Source: an uncultured Eubacteriales bacterium (lineage in GTDB: Bacteria; Bacillota; Clostridia; Christensenellales; CAG-138). Taken from it: a stretch of 64,000 bases of DNA. Position 1 is the stretch's first letter, and every line of letters starts with the position of its first letter. Shown here in pieces: positions 36,601-46,462 of the stretch. The notes beneath the pieces are model-generated. The model was not told where the DNA came from. It searched no databases and was given only the letters and a program-made list of their open reading frames with translations. A program made the position numbers and the translations under genes. Location: contig URQH01000002.1 of the NCBI GenBank assembly GCA_900549955.1, positions 70,953 to 134,952 of the forward strand. Direction: 5' to 3'.

Positions 36601-36906
36601 TCAGCCGATCGAGAGGATCTCGACCTTGGTGTAAGGCTGACGGTGGCCGCGCTTGGTCCGGATGTTCTTCTTCGGCTTATACTTGAAGACGACAACCTTT
36701 TTGCCCTTGCCATGCTCGAGCACCTTGCCCTTCACCTTGACGCCATCCAGCACGGGCTTGCCAACCTTGACGCCAGACTCGTCGGAAACGAGCAGCACAT
36801 CAAACTCGACTTCGGCGTCCACGGCGGCTTCGAGCTTCTCGATGAGGATCTCGTCGCCAGCGGCTACCTTATACTGCTTCCCACCGGTTTGGATGATTGC
36901 ATACAC
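36601..36906 (-). CDS. rplU: 50S ribosomal protein L21
   Basis: [14 protein letters not shown]... GTG start. Confidence 0.95.
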   Translation of the reverse strand: MYAIIQTGGKQYKVAAGDEILIEKLEAAVDAEVEFDVLLVSDESGVKVGKPVLDGVKVKGKVLEHGKGKKVVVFKYKPKKNIRTKRGHRQPYTKVEILSIG

Positions 36907-37025
36907 AGGAACTGCACCTCCTATTACCAGAACTCGCTCAGCGACGGCGGCGCACGCGGCGCGCTTTTGGGCCGGTCCGAAGCGGCTTACCGATCAATAT
37001 TATCACAGTGTGCAACCCGTGTCAA
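36907..37025 (-). promoter_or_regulatory. rplU promoter (TTGACA-17-TAATAT) plus a GC-rich leader of about 90 nt; possible L21-leader-type element
   Basis: The -35 TTGACA (37020-37025) overlaps the RNase G stop; the -10 is at 36997-37002. The leader contains paired segments (GGTAAGCCGCTTCGGACCGGCC...). Assignment to the Rfam L21 leader is unverified. Confidence 0.35.
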
Positions 37026-38539
37026 TGCACGATTTTACAATCTTTTTTGGCCTCCGCCACCCGTCGCTCCGCGAGCGGCCGGACGCTGAATTTTTCGATC
37101 TGCAGCATCTCGTTGGCGCGCACGTAGTACGTGCCGCCGGCCTCTGCCGGGAACACGCCGCCATGTTTCTCCTCGGCCATCTCCATGGCACGCAGCACGT
37201 CCGGATGGACCTCGATGAGCATGCGCTTGTTTGTGCTGCCCTTGAGCACCTGCAGCGTTTGCTTGCGCACCTTGGCCATGACCGTCTCCGGCGCCAGCAC
37301 GTGCGCGTCGCCGCTGCAATAGGGGCAGAGCGTCTGCAACGTGTCGCCCAGGCTCCTGCCCGTCTTTTTCCGGGTCATTTCCACCAGGCCCAGGTGCGTA
37401 AACCCAAACACGTGCGAGCGGGTATGGTCGTCCTTGAGCGCAGTCTTGAGCGTGGTCAGCACGAGGTTCCGGTTGCTCTCGCGCTCCATGTCGATAAAGT
37501 CGATGATGATGATACCGCCGATATCGCGGAGGCGCAGCTGGTGCGCAATCTCCCGCGCAGCCTCGCAGTTGGTGGCGGTGATTGTCTTTTCCAGGTTGTC
37601 CTTGCCGACGTATTTTCCTGTATTGACGTCGATACAGGTCAACGCCTCCGTGCGGTCGATGATGATGTAGCTGCCGTTTTTAATCCACACTTTGCGAGCA
37701 AGCGCCTTGTCGATCTTACCCTCGGTGTCATACCGGTCAAACAGCGCCTCGCTCTGCTTGAGCAGGATCCGGGGTTTGAGCTTTGGCGCCATCACGTCCG
37801 CGATCTCGCGGATGCGCTCGAACGTGTCGCCGTCATTGACGAACACGCGATCCACATCTTTCATCAGCAGGTCGCGGACCGTGCGGAACAACAGGCTCTG
37901 CTCCGCATGCAACAGTGCGGGCGCCTTTTGCTTTTTGGCCTTGCGCTGAATCTCTTCCCAGAGTAACTTTAAGCTGTCGAGGTCTTCGACAAACGCGTCC
38001 CGGCTCTTGCCGGCCGACGCGGTGCGCACAATCACGCCCATGTTGTCCGGCTTGATGTCACAGAGGATCTTGCGAAGGCGCGTCCTCTCCTCATCCTTTT
38101 CGATGCGGCGGGACACCCCTACATAATCCATCGTCGGCATGAGCACAAGCGAGCGCCCGGCCAGGGTAATGTGCGTAGTCACGCGCGCGCCCTTTGTGCC
38201 GACCGGGTCTTTGGCCACCTGCACCATGATCGTCTGCCCGGGCTTGAGCATATCCCGAATGCTGCGCATGGACTGGATCTTTTCCCGTTCGATGTCCCCG
38301 TCCGTGTCGTCCGGCATGACGATGTCGCCGGCATACAAAAATGCGTTCCGCTCCAGGCCAATGTCGATAAACGCGGCCTGCATGCCGGGCAACACGTTTT
38401 GCACCCGGCCGTTGTAAATGTTGCCGACGAGCCGCTGCGCGCCCTCCTGCTCGACGTACAGTTCGACGGGAGAGCCGTCCTCCACCACTGCAACACGGGT
38501 AGAAAACCCGTTTGCATCCACCAGAATTTCTTTGTTCAT
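37022..38539 (-). CDS. rng: Ribonuclease G/E family (Rne/Rng) endoribonuclease
   Basis: S1 domain (GNIYNGRVQNVLPGMQAAFIDIG) and catalytic core (GGIIIIDFIDM). ATG at 38539 is preceded by AGAAGGAG. The track ORF starts at 38659. Confidence 0.9.
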   Translation of the reverse strand: MNKEILVDANGFSTRVAVVEDGSPVELYVEQEGAQRLVGNIYNGRVQNVLPGMQAAFIDIGLERNAFLYAGDIVMPDDTDGDIEREKIQSMRSIRDMLKPGQTIMVQVAKDPVGTKGARVTTHITLAGRSLVLMPTMDYVGVSRRIEKDEERTRLRKILCDIKPDNMGVIVRTASAGKSRDAFVEDLDSLKLLWEEIQRKAKKQKAPALLHAEQSLLFRTVRDLLMKDVDRVFVNDGDTFERIREIADVMAPKLKPRILLKQSEALFDRYDTEGKIDKALARKVWIKNGSYIIIDRTEALTCIDVNTGKYVGKDNLEKTITATNCEAAREIAHQLRLRDIGGIIIIDFIDMERESNRNLVLTTLKTALKDDHTRSHVFGFTHLGLVEMTRKKTGRSLGDTLQTLCPYCSGDAHVLAPETVMAKVRKQTLQVLKGSTNKRMLIEVHPDVLRAMEMAEEKHGGVFPAEAGGTYYVRANEMLQIEKFSVRPLAERRVAEAKKDCKIVH

Positions 38540-38555
38540 ACTCCTTCTCTTTCTA

Positions 38556-39239
38556 TCACGCTGGCAGGCGCGGCAAGAAACCATCCGAGTCAAAATACAT
38601 GGCTGTACGGCAAATGCGCGCCATGCCGCCATGCGCACCCAAACGGTCGAGCAGCGCATCCGTCAAATATGAGACGCGCAACCCGCCATCGGCTTGCAAT
38701 TTCCCCAGAACGCGGAGGCAGACTGCTTGTTCCTCAATTCCCTCCACGGCTGCCTGCATGATCTGCGGACGGATATCCGTGGCACGAATGCCGCCCTTCG
38801 TCCGCTTTTGTACTAAAATTTCTCCCTGCAAAAGTGCTTTAAGCGTCTCCTGCACCGATTCTACGGTGAGCGGCGTGTCCGCAAGCAACGTTGCGCGGTA
38901 TTCCGCTGCGCGGACCATGGCCGTTAGTTTGCCCATCTGCTGTGGGACTTCAAACGCGCGGGTCAGCAAAAGCCCCTGCGGCATGGCAGCGTTGGTGCGC
39001 CTGACCAGCTCCGCCGGATCGAGCGGCTCGGACAGCCGCACTTCGAACCACTCGCACTCGCTCGACGCGCCGGTGGGCACGGCTGCGGCAAACGAAAGCT
39101 GCGGATGGGGGTTAAATCCCTCGGAGTACGCAAGCGGAATCTGCGCCCGGCGAAACGCCCGTTGCAGCGTGCGCTGAACATCCAGATGGGAGATATGGCG
39201 CAGCGCCTCATGCTTTTGATAGACGGCAAATATCCGCAT
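38556..39239 (-). CDS. Radical-SAM-linked protein (TIGR03936 / DUF2344 family)
   Basis: MRIFAVYQKHEALRHISHLDVQRTLQRAFRRAQIPLAYSEGFNPHP is the family signature. ATG at 39239 is preceded by GGAGG. Confidence 0.85.
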   Translation of the reverse strand: MRIFAVYQKHEALRHISHLDVQRTLQRAFRRAQIPLAYSEGFNPHPQLSFAAAVPTGASSECEWFEVRLSEPLDPAELVRRTNAAMPQGLLLTRAFEVPQQMGKLTAMVRAAEYRATLLADTPLTVESVQETLKALLQGEILVQKRTKGGIRATDIRPQIMQAAVEGIEEQAVCLRVLGKLQADGGLRVSYLTDALLDRLGAHGGMARICRTAMYFDSDGFLPRLPA

Positions 39240-41040
39240 AGCGACCTCCAAAGCAACCGTTGCATCCCTCGCGGCAATCCCGCGTCGTCTGACCCGCCAT
39301 GGCGCGGTCGTACTCCCGCTGCAGGTACCGCTCCGTCACCAGCATGTCCAGGTGCGACCACGGCAGCGGATCGCCCGGCGCAGGCGCCCACTGCGCATAT
39401 GCCTCCATGCTGGCGCCGTGGGCGGCAAACGCCTCGCGCCAAGCCTGCTCCCGGAAATGCTCCGACCAGGAGTCGAACCGGCAGCCCAGGGTATAGGCCG
39501 TTTCCAGCACGTCGGCCAGCCGCCTGTCCCCGCGCGAAAACGCGGCCTCCAGCACCGACAGCTGCGACAGGTGACAGTGGAACTCGACGCCACGAATGCC
39601 CTTCATCGCGCTGCGCAACAGCTGCTGGCGGCGGCGGATCTCCTCGAGCGGCACCTGCGGGCACCATTGAAACGGCGTAAACGGCTTTGGCACAAAGGTC
39701 GACGCGCTGGCGGACAGACGCAGGCCCTTGCCGCGCTGCTCCTTCGGCATCTCATAGAAAATGCGGCTCACCGCGCGGCACAGTTCGGCAATGCCCAGGA
39801 TATCCTCGTCCGTCTCGGTCGGCAGGCCGATCATGAAATAGAGCTTGACGCTTGTCCATCCGGCGGAAAATGCATCGCGGCACGCGCGGAACAGATCCTC
39901 CTCCGTGACGTTTTTATTGATCACGTCGCGCAGGCGCTGCGTCCCCGCCTCCGGCGCAAACGTCAGCCCCGCCTTGCGGATGGACTGCATCTTTTCCAGG
40001 TCTTCCTTGAGGAACGAATCGATGCGCAGCGACGGCAGCGAGACGGACACGTGCTGCCGGTCCATACCGTCGATGATCTCCGGCACGAGCCGGTGCACGT
40101 CGGAATAGTCGCCCGTGCTGAGACTCAGCAGCGAGACTTCATCGTATCCCGTGCAATCCACCAGTTCCCGCGCCTGCCGGAGCAACGTCTCCCTCGTGCG
40201 CTCACGCACCGGCCGGTAGATGTACCCCGCCTGGCAGAACCGGCACCCTCGCGTACACCCACGCATGACTTCCACCGACACCCGGTCATGGACAATATCG
40301 AGATATGGCACGATCGGCCGGCCGACAAACGGGGCGTGTTCCAGGTCGCGCGCCACGCGGCGGGTCGCTTTCACCGGCGCGCTCGCCTCCAGCGGTACTG
40401 CGCCGGCAGGCGTCGCCTCGTAAAATGCCGGCACATAGACGCCCTCGATCGCGGCCATGCGGCGCAGCATTTGGGCGCGCGTCTCCCCCGCCGCGCGCGA
40501 CGCAAGATACGCGTCCACCAGCTCGCCGATCACTTCCTCGCCGTCGCCCAGCATGACCACGTCCATGAACGGCGCCACCGGCTCAGGATTGCAAGCGGCA
40601 GGCCCGCCACAGACGATGAGCGGCGCGTCCTCTCCCCGCTCCGAAGAGCGGAACGGGATGCCGGCCAGATCCAGCATGGTCAGGATGTTCGTATAGCACA
40701 TCTCATACAGCAGGGAAAACCCGACGATGTCGAACGACGACAAAGGACGGCGCGTTTCCAGCGAAAACATCGGCACGCCGTTTTCCCGCATGGCGCGCTC
40801 CATGTCCGGCCAGGGGGCATAGGCCCGTTCACAGGCGGTATCCGCGCGGCTGTTGAGCACGTTGTACAGGATGCGCGAGCCCAGGTGCGACATGCCGATC
40901 TCATAGACATCCGGGAAACAGAGCGCAAAGCGCACATCCGCCTGTGCCTTGACGACGCTGTTCCACTCCCTGCCGATATACCGCGCGGGCTTCTCCACCT
41001 GCTGCAAAAGACGCTCGAGTACCGCCTGCTCCACTTTCAT
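39208..41040 (-). CDS. B12-binding-domain radical SAM protein (TIGR03960 family, function unknown)
   Basis: 610 aa. CxxxCxxC cluster motif (CTRGCRFCQAG) and an N-terminal B12-like domain. Confidence 0.9.
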   Translation of the reverse strand: MKVEQAVLERLLQQVEKPARYIGREWNSVVKAQADVRFALCFPDVYEIGMSHLGSRILYNVLNSRADTACERAYAPWPDMERAMRENGVPMFSLETRRPLSSFDIVGFSLLYEMCYTNILTMLDLAGIPFRSSERGEDAPLIVCGGPAACNPEPVAPFMDVVMLGDGEEVIGELVDAYLASRAAGETRAQMLRRMAAIEGVYVPAFYEATPAGAVPLEASAPVKATRRVARDLEHAPFVGRPIVPYLDIVHDRVSVEVMRGCTRGCRFCQAGYIYRPVRERTRETLLRQARELVDCTGYDEVSLLSLSTGDYSDVHRLVPEIIDGMDRQHVSVSLPSLRIDSFLKEDLEKMQSIRKAGLTFAPEAGTQRLRDVINKNVTEEDLFRACRDAFSAGWTSVKLYFMIGLPTETDEDILGIAELCRAVSRIFYEMPKEQRGKGLRLSASASTFVPKPFTPFQWCPQVPLEEIRRRQQLLRSAMKGIRGVEFHCHLSQLSVLEAAFSRGDRRLADVLETAYTLGCRFDSWSEHFREQAWREAFAAHGASMEAYAQWAPAPGDPLPWSHLDMLVTERYLQREYDRAMAGQTTRDCREGCNGCFGGRYADICRLSKA

Positions 41041-41076
41041 CCTCCAACGGCTGCATAAAAAGCCGAGATTAGTATA

Positions 41077-41967
41077 TCACATCCTGGCTCTTCGGTCAAA
41101 TGAGAGCAGCTCTCCGAGCGTGTCCCCGCCTCGCCCCTGTGCGATGGCCTGCATCAGCGTCCCCTCGTCCAGCTCGCCGATCGTCCGGAGGCTTCCGTCC
41201 ACGACGCGCAGTACATTGTACCGGTTGTGGCGCAGCACGCGCAGCGCCTCGCGCGCGTCCATCGACGCATGCGCCGCCACCTGGTAGACTGCATAGGTCT
41301 CACCGGCATGAACGCCGTCATACCGACGAAGGCTGGCGTTCATCCGCCCCTCCGGCAGCTGCCGCAGTTCGGCGGCTGCGGAAAGCAGCAGGAATACCCC
41401 CATGGTAGGCAACGTCAGATTGTAAACCTGGTTTGTCGCGCACCAGACGGACAGCGCAAGCATGGCCAGCCCCGCCGCCACCCCCAGCCAGGCCGCGAGC
41501 CCCGTTGCCGGGCCATAGCCCAGGCGGCGCTGTAGCAGCGCGCGCAGCATGCGGCCGCCGTCGAGCGGCAACGCCGGCAGCAAATTGAGTGCGGCCAGCG
41601 TGAGATTGAACGTCAAAAAAGCGGAAAGCCGCCGCGCCGTTTCCGGAAACAGATACCCGCACATGGCGGTCAGACCCGCGATCAACAGGCTCGTGACCGG
41701 GCCGGCCGCGGCAATGCAGAGCTCTGCCTGTGGCGACAGCGTCTGCCGCGACAGGCGCGCCACCCCGCCGAACGGCATCAGTTCCAGCGACAGGACCGGA
41801 CACGCGAATACATAAGCCACCACTGCGTGGCTCAGTTCGTGCAGCGTAAGCGCCAGCGACGCCTGCAACAGCGCGTTCATCCGCCCGAGCACCCACGCCG
41901 CCATTACGACGACGACCACGAGCGGATGGATGCGCAGCTCCGTTCTGCCGACGACACCGACTCGCAT
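41077..41967 (-). CDS. spoIVFB: Site-2 (M50) intramembrane metalloprotease SpoIVFB with a C-terminal CBS domain
   Basis: HELSH zinc motif in a TM helix and NLLPALPLDGG. Internal ATG at 41967, 1 nt after the spoIVFA stop. Confidence 0.85.
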   Translation of the reverse strand: MRVGVVGRTELRIHPLVVVVVMAAWVLGRMNALLQASLALTLHELSHAVVAYVFACPVLSLELMPFGGVARLSRQTLSPQAELCIAAAGPVTSLLIAGLTAMCGYLFPETARRLSAFLTFNLTLAALNLLPALPLDGGRMLRALLQRRLGYGPATGLAAWLGVAAGLAMLALSVWCATNQVYNLTLPTMGVFLLLSAAAELRQLPEGRMNASLRRYDGVHAGETYAVYQVAAHASMDAREALRVLRHNRYNVLRVVDGSLRTIGELDEGTLMQAIAQGRGGDTLGELLSFDRRARM

Positions 41968-41968
41968 G

Positions 41969-42655
41969 TCAGGACATGTCCGGCACGTCGATATATGTCT
42001 CGATCTCCTGCGGCGCGCCCGTCTGGTAGATCCGCATATAGATCCGGCCGTCCTCCGGAACCGCGCCGAGCGTGTCGCCCAGCAACAGCGGCTGCCCCTC
42101 CTCCACGCGGATATCCTGCAAATGATAATACACGCTCTCCAGGTCGTCGCCGTGGTGAATGCGGACATAGGCCCCCAGCTCCGGGTCCTCGCCAATGGCG
42201 CGCACTTCGCCACCCGCACTGATGGACACTACCTCGCCCGCAGGCGCCTCAAGCTCCAGCAACTGCGCGTCTTCGAGCAGGGCTGCGGCCGAAGCCTCGA
42301 CCGGCAGGTTCCACCTGGCCGATCCGGCAAACACGCCGATCAGCCCGCCGCCATCGACAAACCGCAGCCTTCCCAGCACGTCCTCCGTGTTGGCGCCGTC
42401 AGTCGGCGCAGGCGCGTTCGCTCCCGTCTCCACCGCCTCGTTCTCGTGTGGGAACACGAACACCTCCAGCACCAGCACCAACAGCAGCGCGGCAGCGCAC
42501 ACGCCGATCTTCACGAGCATGCTCGCGCCGACCCACCGCGTCTTCCCCGCAGAGCGGGCGCGCGTCCTCCGGCGCAGGTTGACGTGCATCCCGCTTCTGC
42601 GCCGCGTTGGTTCCGCCGTCTCAAACGGCGTCGTTTCCAATCGTTCCAAATCCAT
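41969..42655 (-). CDS. spoIVFA: SpoIVFA-like protein (TM anchor plus a degenerate M23/LytM domain)
   Basis: Basic N-terminus, TM (VKIGVCAAALLLVLVLEVFVF), and a C-terminal LytM-like segment (YVRIHHGDDLESVYYHLQDIRVEEGQPL). Sits upstream of spoIVFB, as in Bacillus. ATG at 42655 is preceded by GGAGGG. Confidence 0.7.
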   Translation of the reverse strand: MDLERLETTPFETAEPTRRRSGMHVNLRRRTRARSAGKTRWVGASMLVKIGVCAAALLLVLVLEVFVFPHENEAVETGANAPAPTDGANTEDVLGRLRFVDGGGLIGVFAGSARWNLPVEASAAALLEDAQLLELEAPAGEVVSISAGGEVRAIGEDPELGAYVRIHHGDDLESVYYHLQDIRVEEGQPLLLGDTLGAVPEDGRIYMRIYQTGAPQEIETYIDVPDMS

Positions 42656-42677
42656 ATGCAAAACGCCCTCCTGCTGC

Positions 42678-42707
42678 AATGTATGCGGCAGGAGAGCGCC
42701 GGTATGC
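42678..42707 (-). promoter_or_regulatory. Weak candidate sigmaE-type promoter for spoIVFA-spoIVFB
   Basis: Minus strand reads GCATACC-N15-CATACATT. The -10 is close to consensus, but it lies only about 8 nt from the RBS, which argues against it. Confidence 0.2.
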
Positions 42708-42725
42708 TTGGCGGATTGGCGCGTT

Positions 42726-43802
42726 TTAAGCGAGGGTGACCGTGAGCAGCACCGGGTTGTGATCAGCAAACTGGAACCCTTCGTCCAGGGTGCTGACGGA
42801 CTGTACCGTCACATTCGGAGAACAGAGAAAGCCGTCGATCACGTAATACTGCGTCGCCGGATCGTCCGGGGCATACGGCTGGTTGAGCAGGCGGCAGGTC
42901 GGCAGTGCATCGTCAAAGGCGATCGTCCAGTCCGACGGCAGGGTGTCGCGCTCCAGCGTGCTGGGGTGCCACAAATCGGGATCGAGCAGCGGATAGTTTT
43001 CGCCAACGCCCGTAAAACTCTGGTTGAAATCGCCGCCCGCAATCACATAGTTCCCCGCTTCGTACTCCTCCTGCAGCAACTGCACCAGCTGTTCCGTCTG
43101 CATCCGCTTTACAGTACCGTCGTCATATGCCTCAAGGTGCAGGTTGACCAGCACCAGCTCGGCATCCGTCCCCGCGAGCGGCAGGCGCGCGGTCAACAGG
43201 CAGCGTTTGAGATTGGCAATACGGATGGGCCAGGAAAACGGCACCGGCAGCGACACCCGCCGCAATTCTTCCATCCGGAACCGGCTCAGCGTCAAAATGC
43301 CGGATTCCACGCGGCCAATGGTATCCGGAATCGGATAGGGCACATAGTCGCACACATAGTTGGGCGCAAAGGCCGCCATCCCTGCAAACGCATCGCTCAG
43401 CGCGGCACGCTGGTCCACATAATAGCTGCGCTTGCTGTCCACATCCACTTCCTGCAGCAGCACGATATCTGCCGGGACCGTCTCCAGCGTATCCAGCACC
43501 CCGTGCAAATTCTTGCTCGACACCGCCTCAGTGGGGCGTGTCATCCGGCCGCCGTCCATGAAAAAGTCTGACTCCTCGCCCAGCCCGGCAAACCCGATGT
43601 TCCACGTCAGTAGCGTGAGCTCGCCGCCTGCCGCGGGCTGATCCTGCGCCGCCCCGGCCGTCCAGGCGGGCTCCACCGCCTCCGGGCAGTATTCGCGCAC
43701 AGAAAGATAGAGCAACAGTCCCAACAACGCCAGCACGACTGCCAGCAGCAATATCCCAACGACTTTTCCCATCAGGCGCAGCTTGCCGCGCGTACTCACC
43801 AT
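42726..43802 (-). CDS. Endonuclease/exonuclease/phosphatase (EEP) family protein with an N-terminal TM anchor
   Basis: LTWNIGFAG, LLQEVD, HLEAYD and FADHNPV, typical EEP catalytic blocks. ATG at 43802 is preceded by GGAGGAAGG. Confidence 0.8.
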   Translation of the reverse strand: MVSTRGKLRLMGKVVGILLLAVVLALLGLLLYLSVREYCPEAVEPAWTAGAAQDQPAAGGELTLLTWNIGFAGLGEESDFFMDGGRMTRPTEAVSSKNLHGVLDTLETVPADIVLLQEVDVDSKRSYYVDQRAALSDAFAGMAAFAPNYVCDYVPYPIPDTIGRVESGILTLSRFRMEELRRVSLPVPFSWPIRIANLKRCLLTARLPLAGTDAELVLVNLHLEAYDDGTVKRMQTEQLVQLLQEEYEAGNYVIAGGDFNQSFTGVGENYPLLDPDLWHPSTLERDTLPSDWTIAFDDALPTCRLLNQPYAPDDPATQYYVIDGFLCSPNVTVQSVSTLDEGFQFADHNPVLLTVTLA

Positions 43803-43887
43803 GGCAATCCTTCCTCCATCCATCCGTCTCCCATCTGCATCCCCCGCCGTCCGTGGGCTGTCCCGGTCACACTCCCAGGCCCGGGGG

Positions 43888-43922
43888 AGCAAAGAGGGAT
43901 ACGACCTGCGCGATCGTATCCC
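43888..43922 (-). terminator. Intrinsic terminator after the L,D-transpeptidase gene
   Basis: GGGATACGA ...TCGTATCCC followed on the minus strand by TCTTTGCT. Confidence 0.6.
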
Positions 43923-43930
43923 TGTGGCTT

Positions 43931-45151
43931 TCAGCCTTCGGCGCCCGCCGTGTCACCGCCGGACGAATCAGCCCCGTTGCCGGCCGAGTCAGCATCACTG
44001 CCGGCCGTGTCAGCTCCGCCGCCGGCATCCCCCTGGTCATCGGGCACCACAGGCAGGACGGGTTCCTGCTCGTCCTGGCCGTCGTCCCCGCCGGGCGCCG
44101 GTTCCTCACCCGCATCGTCCGTCGGATCCGTGGTCGTTCCGCCGCTCGGCGTGGTCGTCGAGGGGGGCGGCGTCTCCACCGTCTCGCCCGGCGACACTTC
44201 AGCATCGCCATCCTCGTCGTCCTCCGCCGGCCGCGGCGGCGCTTCATACTTGTATTCCAGCTCGTGCGCCACGTCCTCGATCGTCCAGTTGTCCGTCCAA
44301 GGCGTCTGGCCCGCCTTCAGAGAGAGCCCCGTCTTGGCCGGCGGCAGAATGAGCTGGCTGCGGATCAGCTGCGTCGCCGCGTCAGATTTGCTGCCGTCGC
44401 GGATTTCGCAGATCGTCCCATAGCCGATATTATAGAAAATCCAGCGCGCGTCCGGCACCGTCAGGCGGATGCACGCATGCGACGCCTTGCTGCCCAGGTT
44501 GTTGTAGGACTCCACGTCATAGGACGAAATGTCCTTGTCCTTGGTGTACAGGACCGAGTGGAAATACGTCCTGCTGCGGATGAGCGTCCAGTACTGCGCC
44601 GTTTCGCCGCTCAAAAACTGGCCAAAGCGCACGCGTGGCTTCTTCATTTCAAACACGCCACGAGCCGTTTCGCTGCCCACCTGGGGGTCGCCGGTCGAGC
44701 AGATCATGTAGCGCACCGGCTGGTCATAATCGGGTTTCCCGTCCGCGCCCTTTTTGTATACCATGACGACCTGCCAGTAGATATCGACGATGATATAATA
44801 TGTATCGGGATCTGGATATCCATCGGCAAGCAGATCCCGCGCCTCTTCGTTGACATCATCCGTGCTGCCAACCAGCTCCTCAAAAGTCATGTTGACCGTA
44901 GGCGCATAATAGGAAAACGGAATGGGCGTCTCCTCCGGCACCGGCGTCGGCGTGACCGTTGGCGCAGGCGGCAGCGTGGACGACGTCACGTCGAGCACTA
45001 CCGACTCGGACGTCGGGGATGCGGATGGCGCCAAGGATGATTCCGGCACATCCGCCACGTCGGCAGGCGCCGCGCAACCAAGGAACGTCGACACGACGAG
45101 CAGGAGCGCTAACAGGCGCAGCGCGCAGCGTGAAAAGAGCGTTCGAACCAT
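43931..45151 (-). CDS. L,D-transpeptidase (YkuD-domain) lipoprotein with an acidic low-complexity C-terminal tail
   Basis: Lipobox LLVVSTFLGC and the YkuD catalytic block GSKASHACIRL. The last 100 aa or so are rich in D, G, E, P and T. ATG at 45151. Confidence 0.85.
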   Translation of the reverse strand: MVRTLFSRCALRLLALLLVVSTFLGCAAPADVADVPESSLAPSASPTSESVVLDVTSSTLPPAPTVTPTPVPEETPIPFSYYAPTVNMTFEELVGSTDDVNEEARDLLADGYPDPDTYYIIVDIYWQVVMVYKKGADGKPDYDQPVRYMICSTGDPQVGSETARGVFEMKKPRVRFGQFLSGETAQYWTLIRSRTYFHSVLYTKDKDISSYDVESYNNLGSKASHACIRLTVPDARWIFYNIGYGTICEIRDGSKSDAATQLIRSQLILPPAKTGLSLKAGQTPWTDNWTIEDVAHELEYKYEAPPRPAEDDEDGDAEVSPGETVETPPPSTTTPSGGTTTDPTDDAGEEPAPGGDDGQDEQEPVLPVVPDDQGDAGGGADTAGSDADSAGNGADSSGGDTAGAEG

Positions 45152-45270
45152 ACAAAACCTCACAGTTCCTGTTGATTGGGTAGATTTCGGGTGTATTATA
45201 TCATATCTGATCCACAATGGGACGACATCCGCATAAAATTTACATTTTGCCGCGTTGGGCTGCCGTTGCG

Positions 45271-46446
45271 TCAAATACGGGCGACGCCGCTTTCCCTGGC
45301 AGCCGCGGCCACCGCCGCCGCCACGGCCTCGCAAACGCGCGGATCAAATGCAGCCGGGAGCAGGTGCTCCGGCCCAAGTTCTTCCGGCGGCACCAGGGCG
45401 GCCAGCGCATGCGCCGCCGCCAGCTGCATGGGCTTGTTGATGTCGCGTGCGCGCACGTCAAACGCCCCGCGAAACACGCCGGGGAACACCAGCACGTTGT
45501 TGATCTGGTTCGGGTCGTCGCTGCGGCCGGTGGCCACAACGGCCGCGCCGCCGCGCCGGGCTTCCGCCGGCGCGATCTCCGGCGTCGGATTGGCGCAGGC
45601 AAACACCACCGCATTTTGCGCCATCGTGCCGACCATCTCCGCCGTGACCAGGTTTGGCCGGGAGACGCCGATAAAGACGTCTGCGCCGCGCAGCGCGTCG
45701 GCCAGCGTGCCGCGCAGATGCGCCCGGTTCGTCAGGGCGGCCATCTCCGCCTGCGCGTCCGTCAGCCCCTCGGGATATCCCTCGCACAGGATGCCGGCCC
45801 GGTCGCACAGGGTCAGCTCGCCCACGCCCGCGTCCAGCAGCATGCGGCCGATGGCGATGCCGGCGGCGCCTGCGCCGTTGATGACGACGCGCACCTCTTC
45901 GAGCCGCTTGTTCACCACGCGGAGCGCATTCAACAGGCCGGCCAGCACCGTGATCGCCGTGCCATGCTGATCGTCGTGAAAAACGGGGATATCGCAACGC
46001 TGCTTGAGCTTGCGCTCAATTTCAAAACAGCGAGGCGCGGCAATATCCTCCAGATTGATGCCGCCAAAGCTGCCCGAAATCCGATAGACCGTCTCCACAA
46101 ACTCGTCCACGTCCTGCGTCCGCACGCACAACGGGAAAGCGTCTACCCCGCCAATCGCCTTGAACAGCACGCACTTTCCCTCCATCACCGGCATGCCGGC
46201 CTCCGGGCCGATGTTGCCGAGTCCCAGCACGGCCGAACCGTCCGTCACCACCAGGCAGAGGTTGTGCCGCCGGGTGAGCGCATAGGACAGGCCCGGGTCG
46301 CGCTGGATCTCCAGGCACGCCTGCGCTACGCCCGGCGTATAGGCCAGCGACAGCGCCTCGCGCGTGTCCACCGGTACTCGCGGCACGACTTCAATCTTCC
46401 CGCGCCATTGCGCATGCAGGCGCAGGGATTCCTTGGCATAATCCAT
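45271..46446 (-). CDS. NAD(P)-dependent malic enzyme (short MaeB-type)
   Basis: LSLAYTPGVA, VVTDGSAVLGLGNIG and INGAGAAGIA. ATG at 46446 is preceded by GGAGG. Confidence 0.9.
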   Translation of the reverse strand: MDYAKESLRLHAQWRGKIEVVPRVPVDTREALSLAYTPGVAQACLEIQRDPGLSYALTRRHNLCLVVTDGSAVLGLGNIGPEAGMPVMEGKCVLFKAIGGVDAFPLCVRTQDVDEFVETVYRISGSFGGINLEDIAAPRCFEIERKLKQRCDIPVFHDDQHGTAITVLAGLLNALRVVNKRLEEVRVVINGAGAAGIAIGRMLLDAGVGELTLCDRAGILCEGYPEGLTDAQAEMAALTNRAHLRGTLADALRGADVFIGVSRPNLVTAEMVGTMAQNAVVFACANPTPEIAPAEARRGGAAVVATGRSDDPNQINNVLVFPGVFRGAFDVRARDINKPMQLAAAHALAALVPPEELGPEHLLPAAFDPRVCEAVAAAVAAAARESGVARI

Positions 46447-46462
46447 CGTCTGATCCTCCCCG

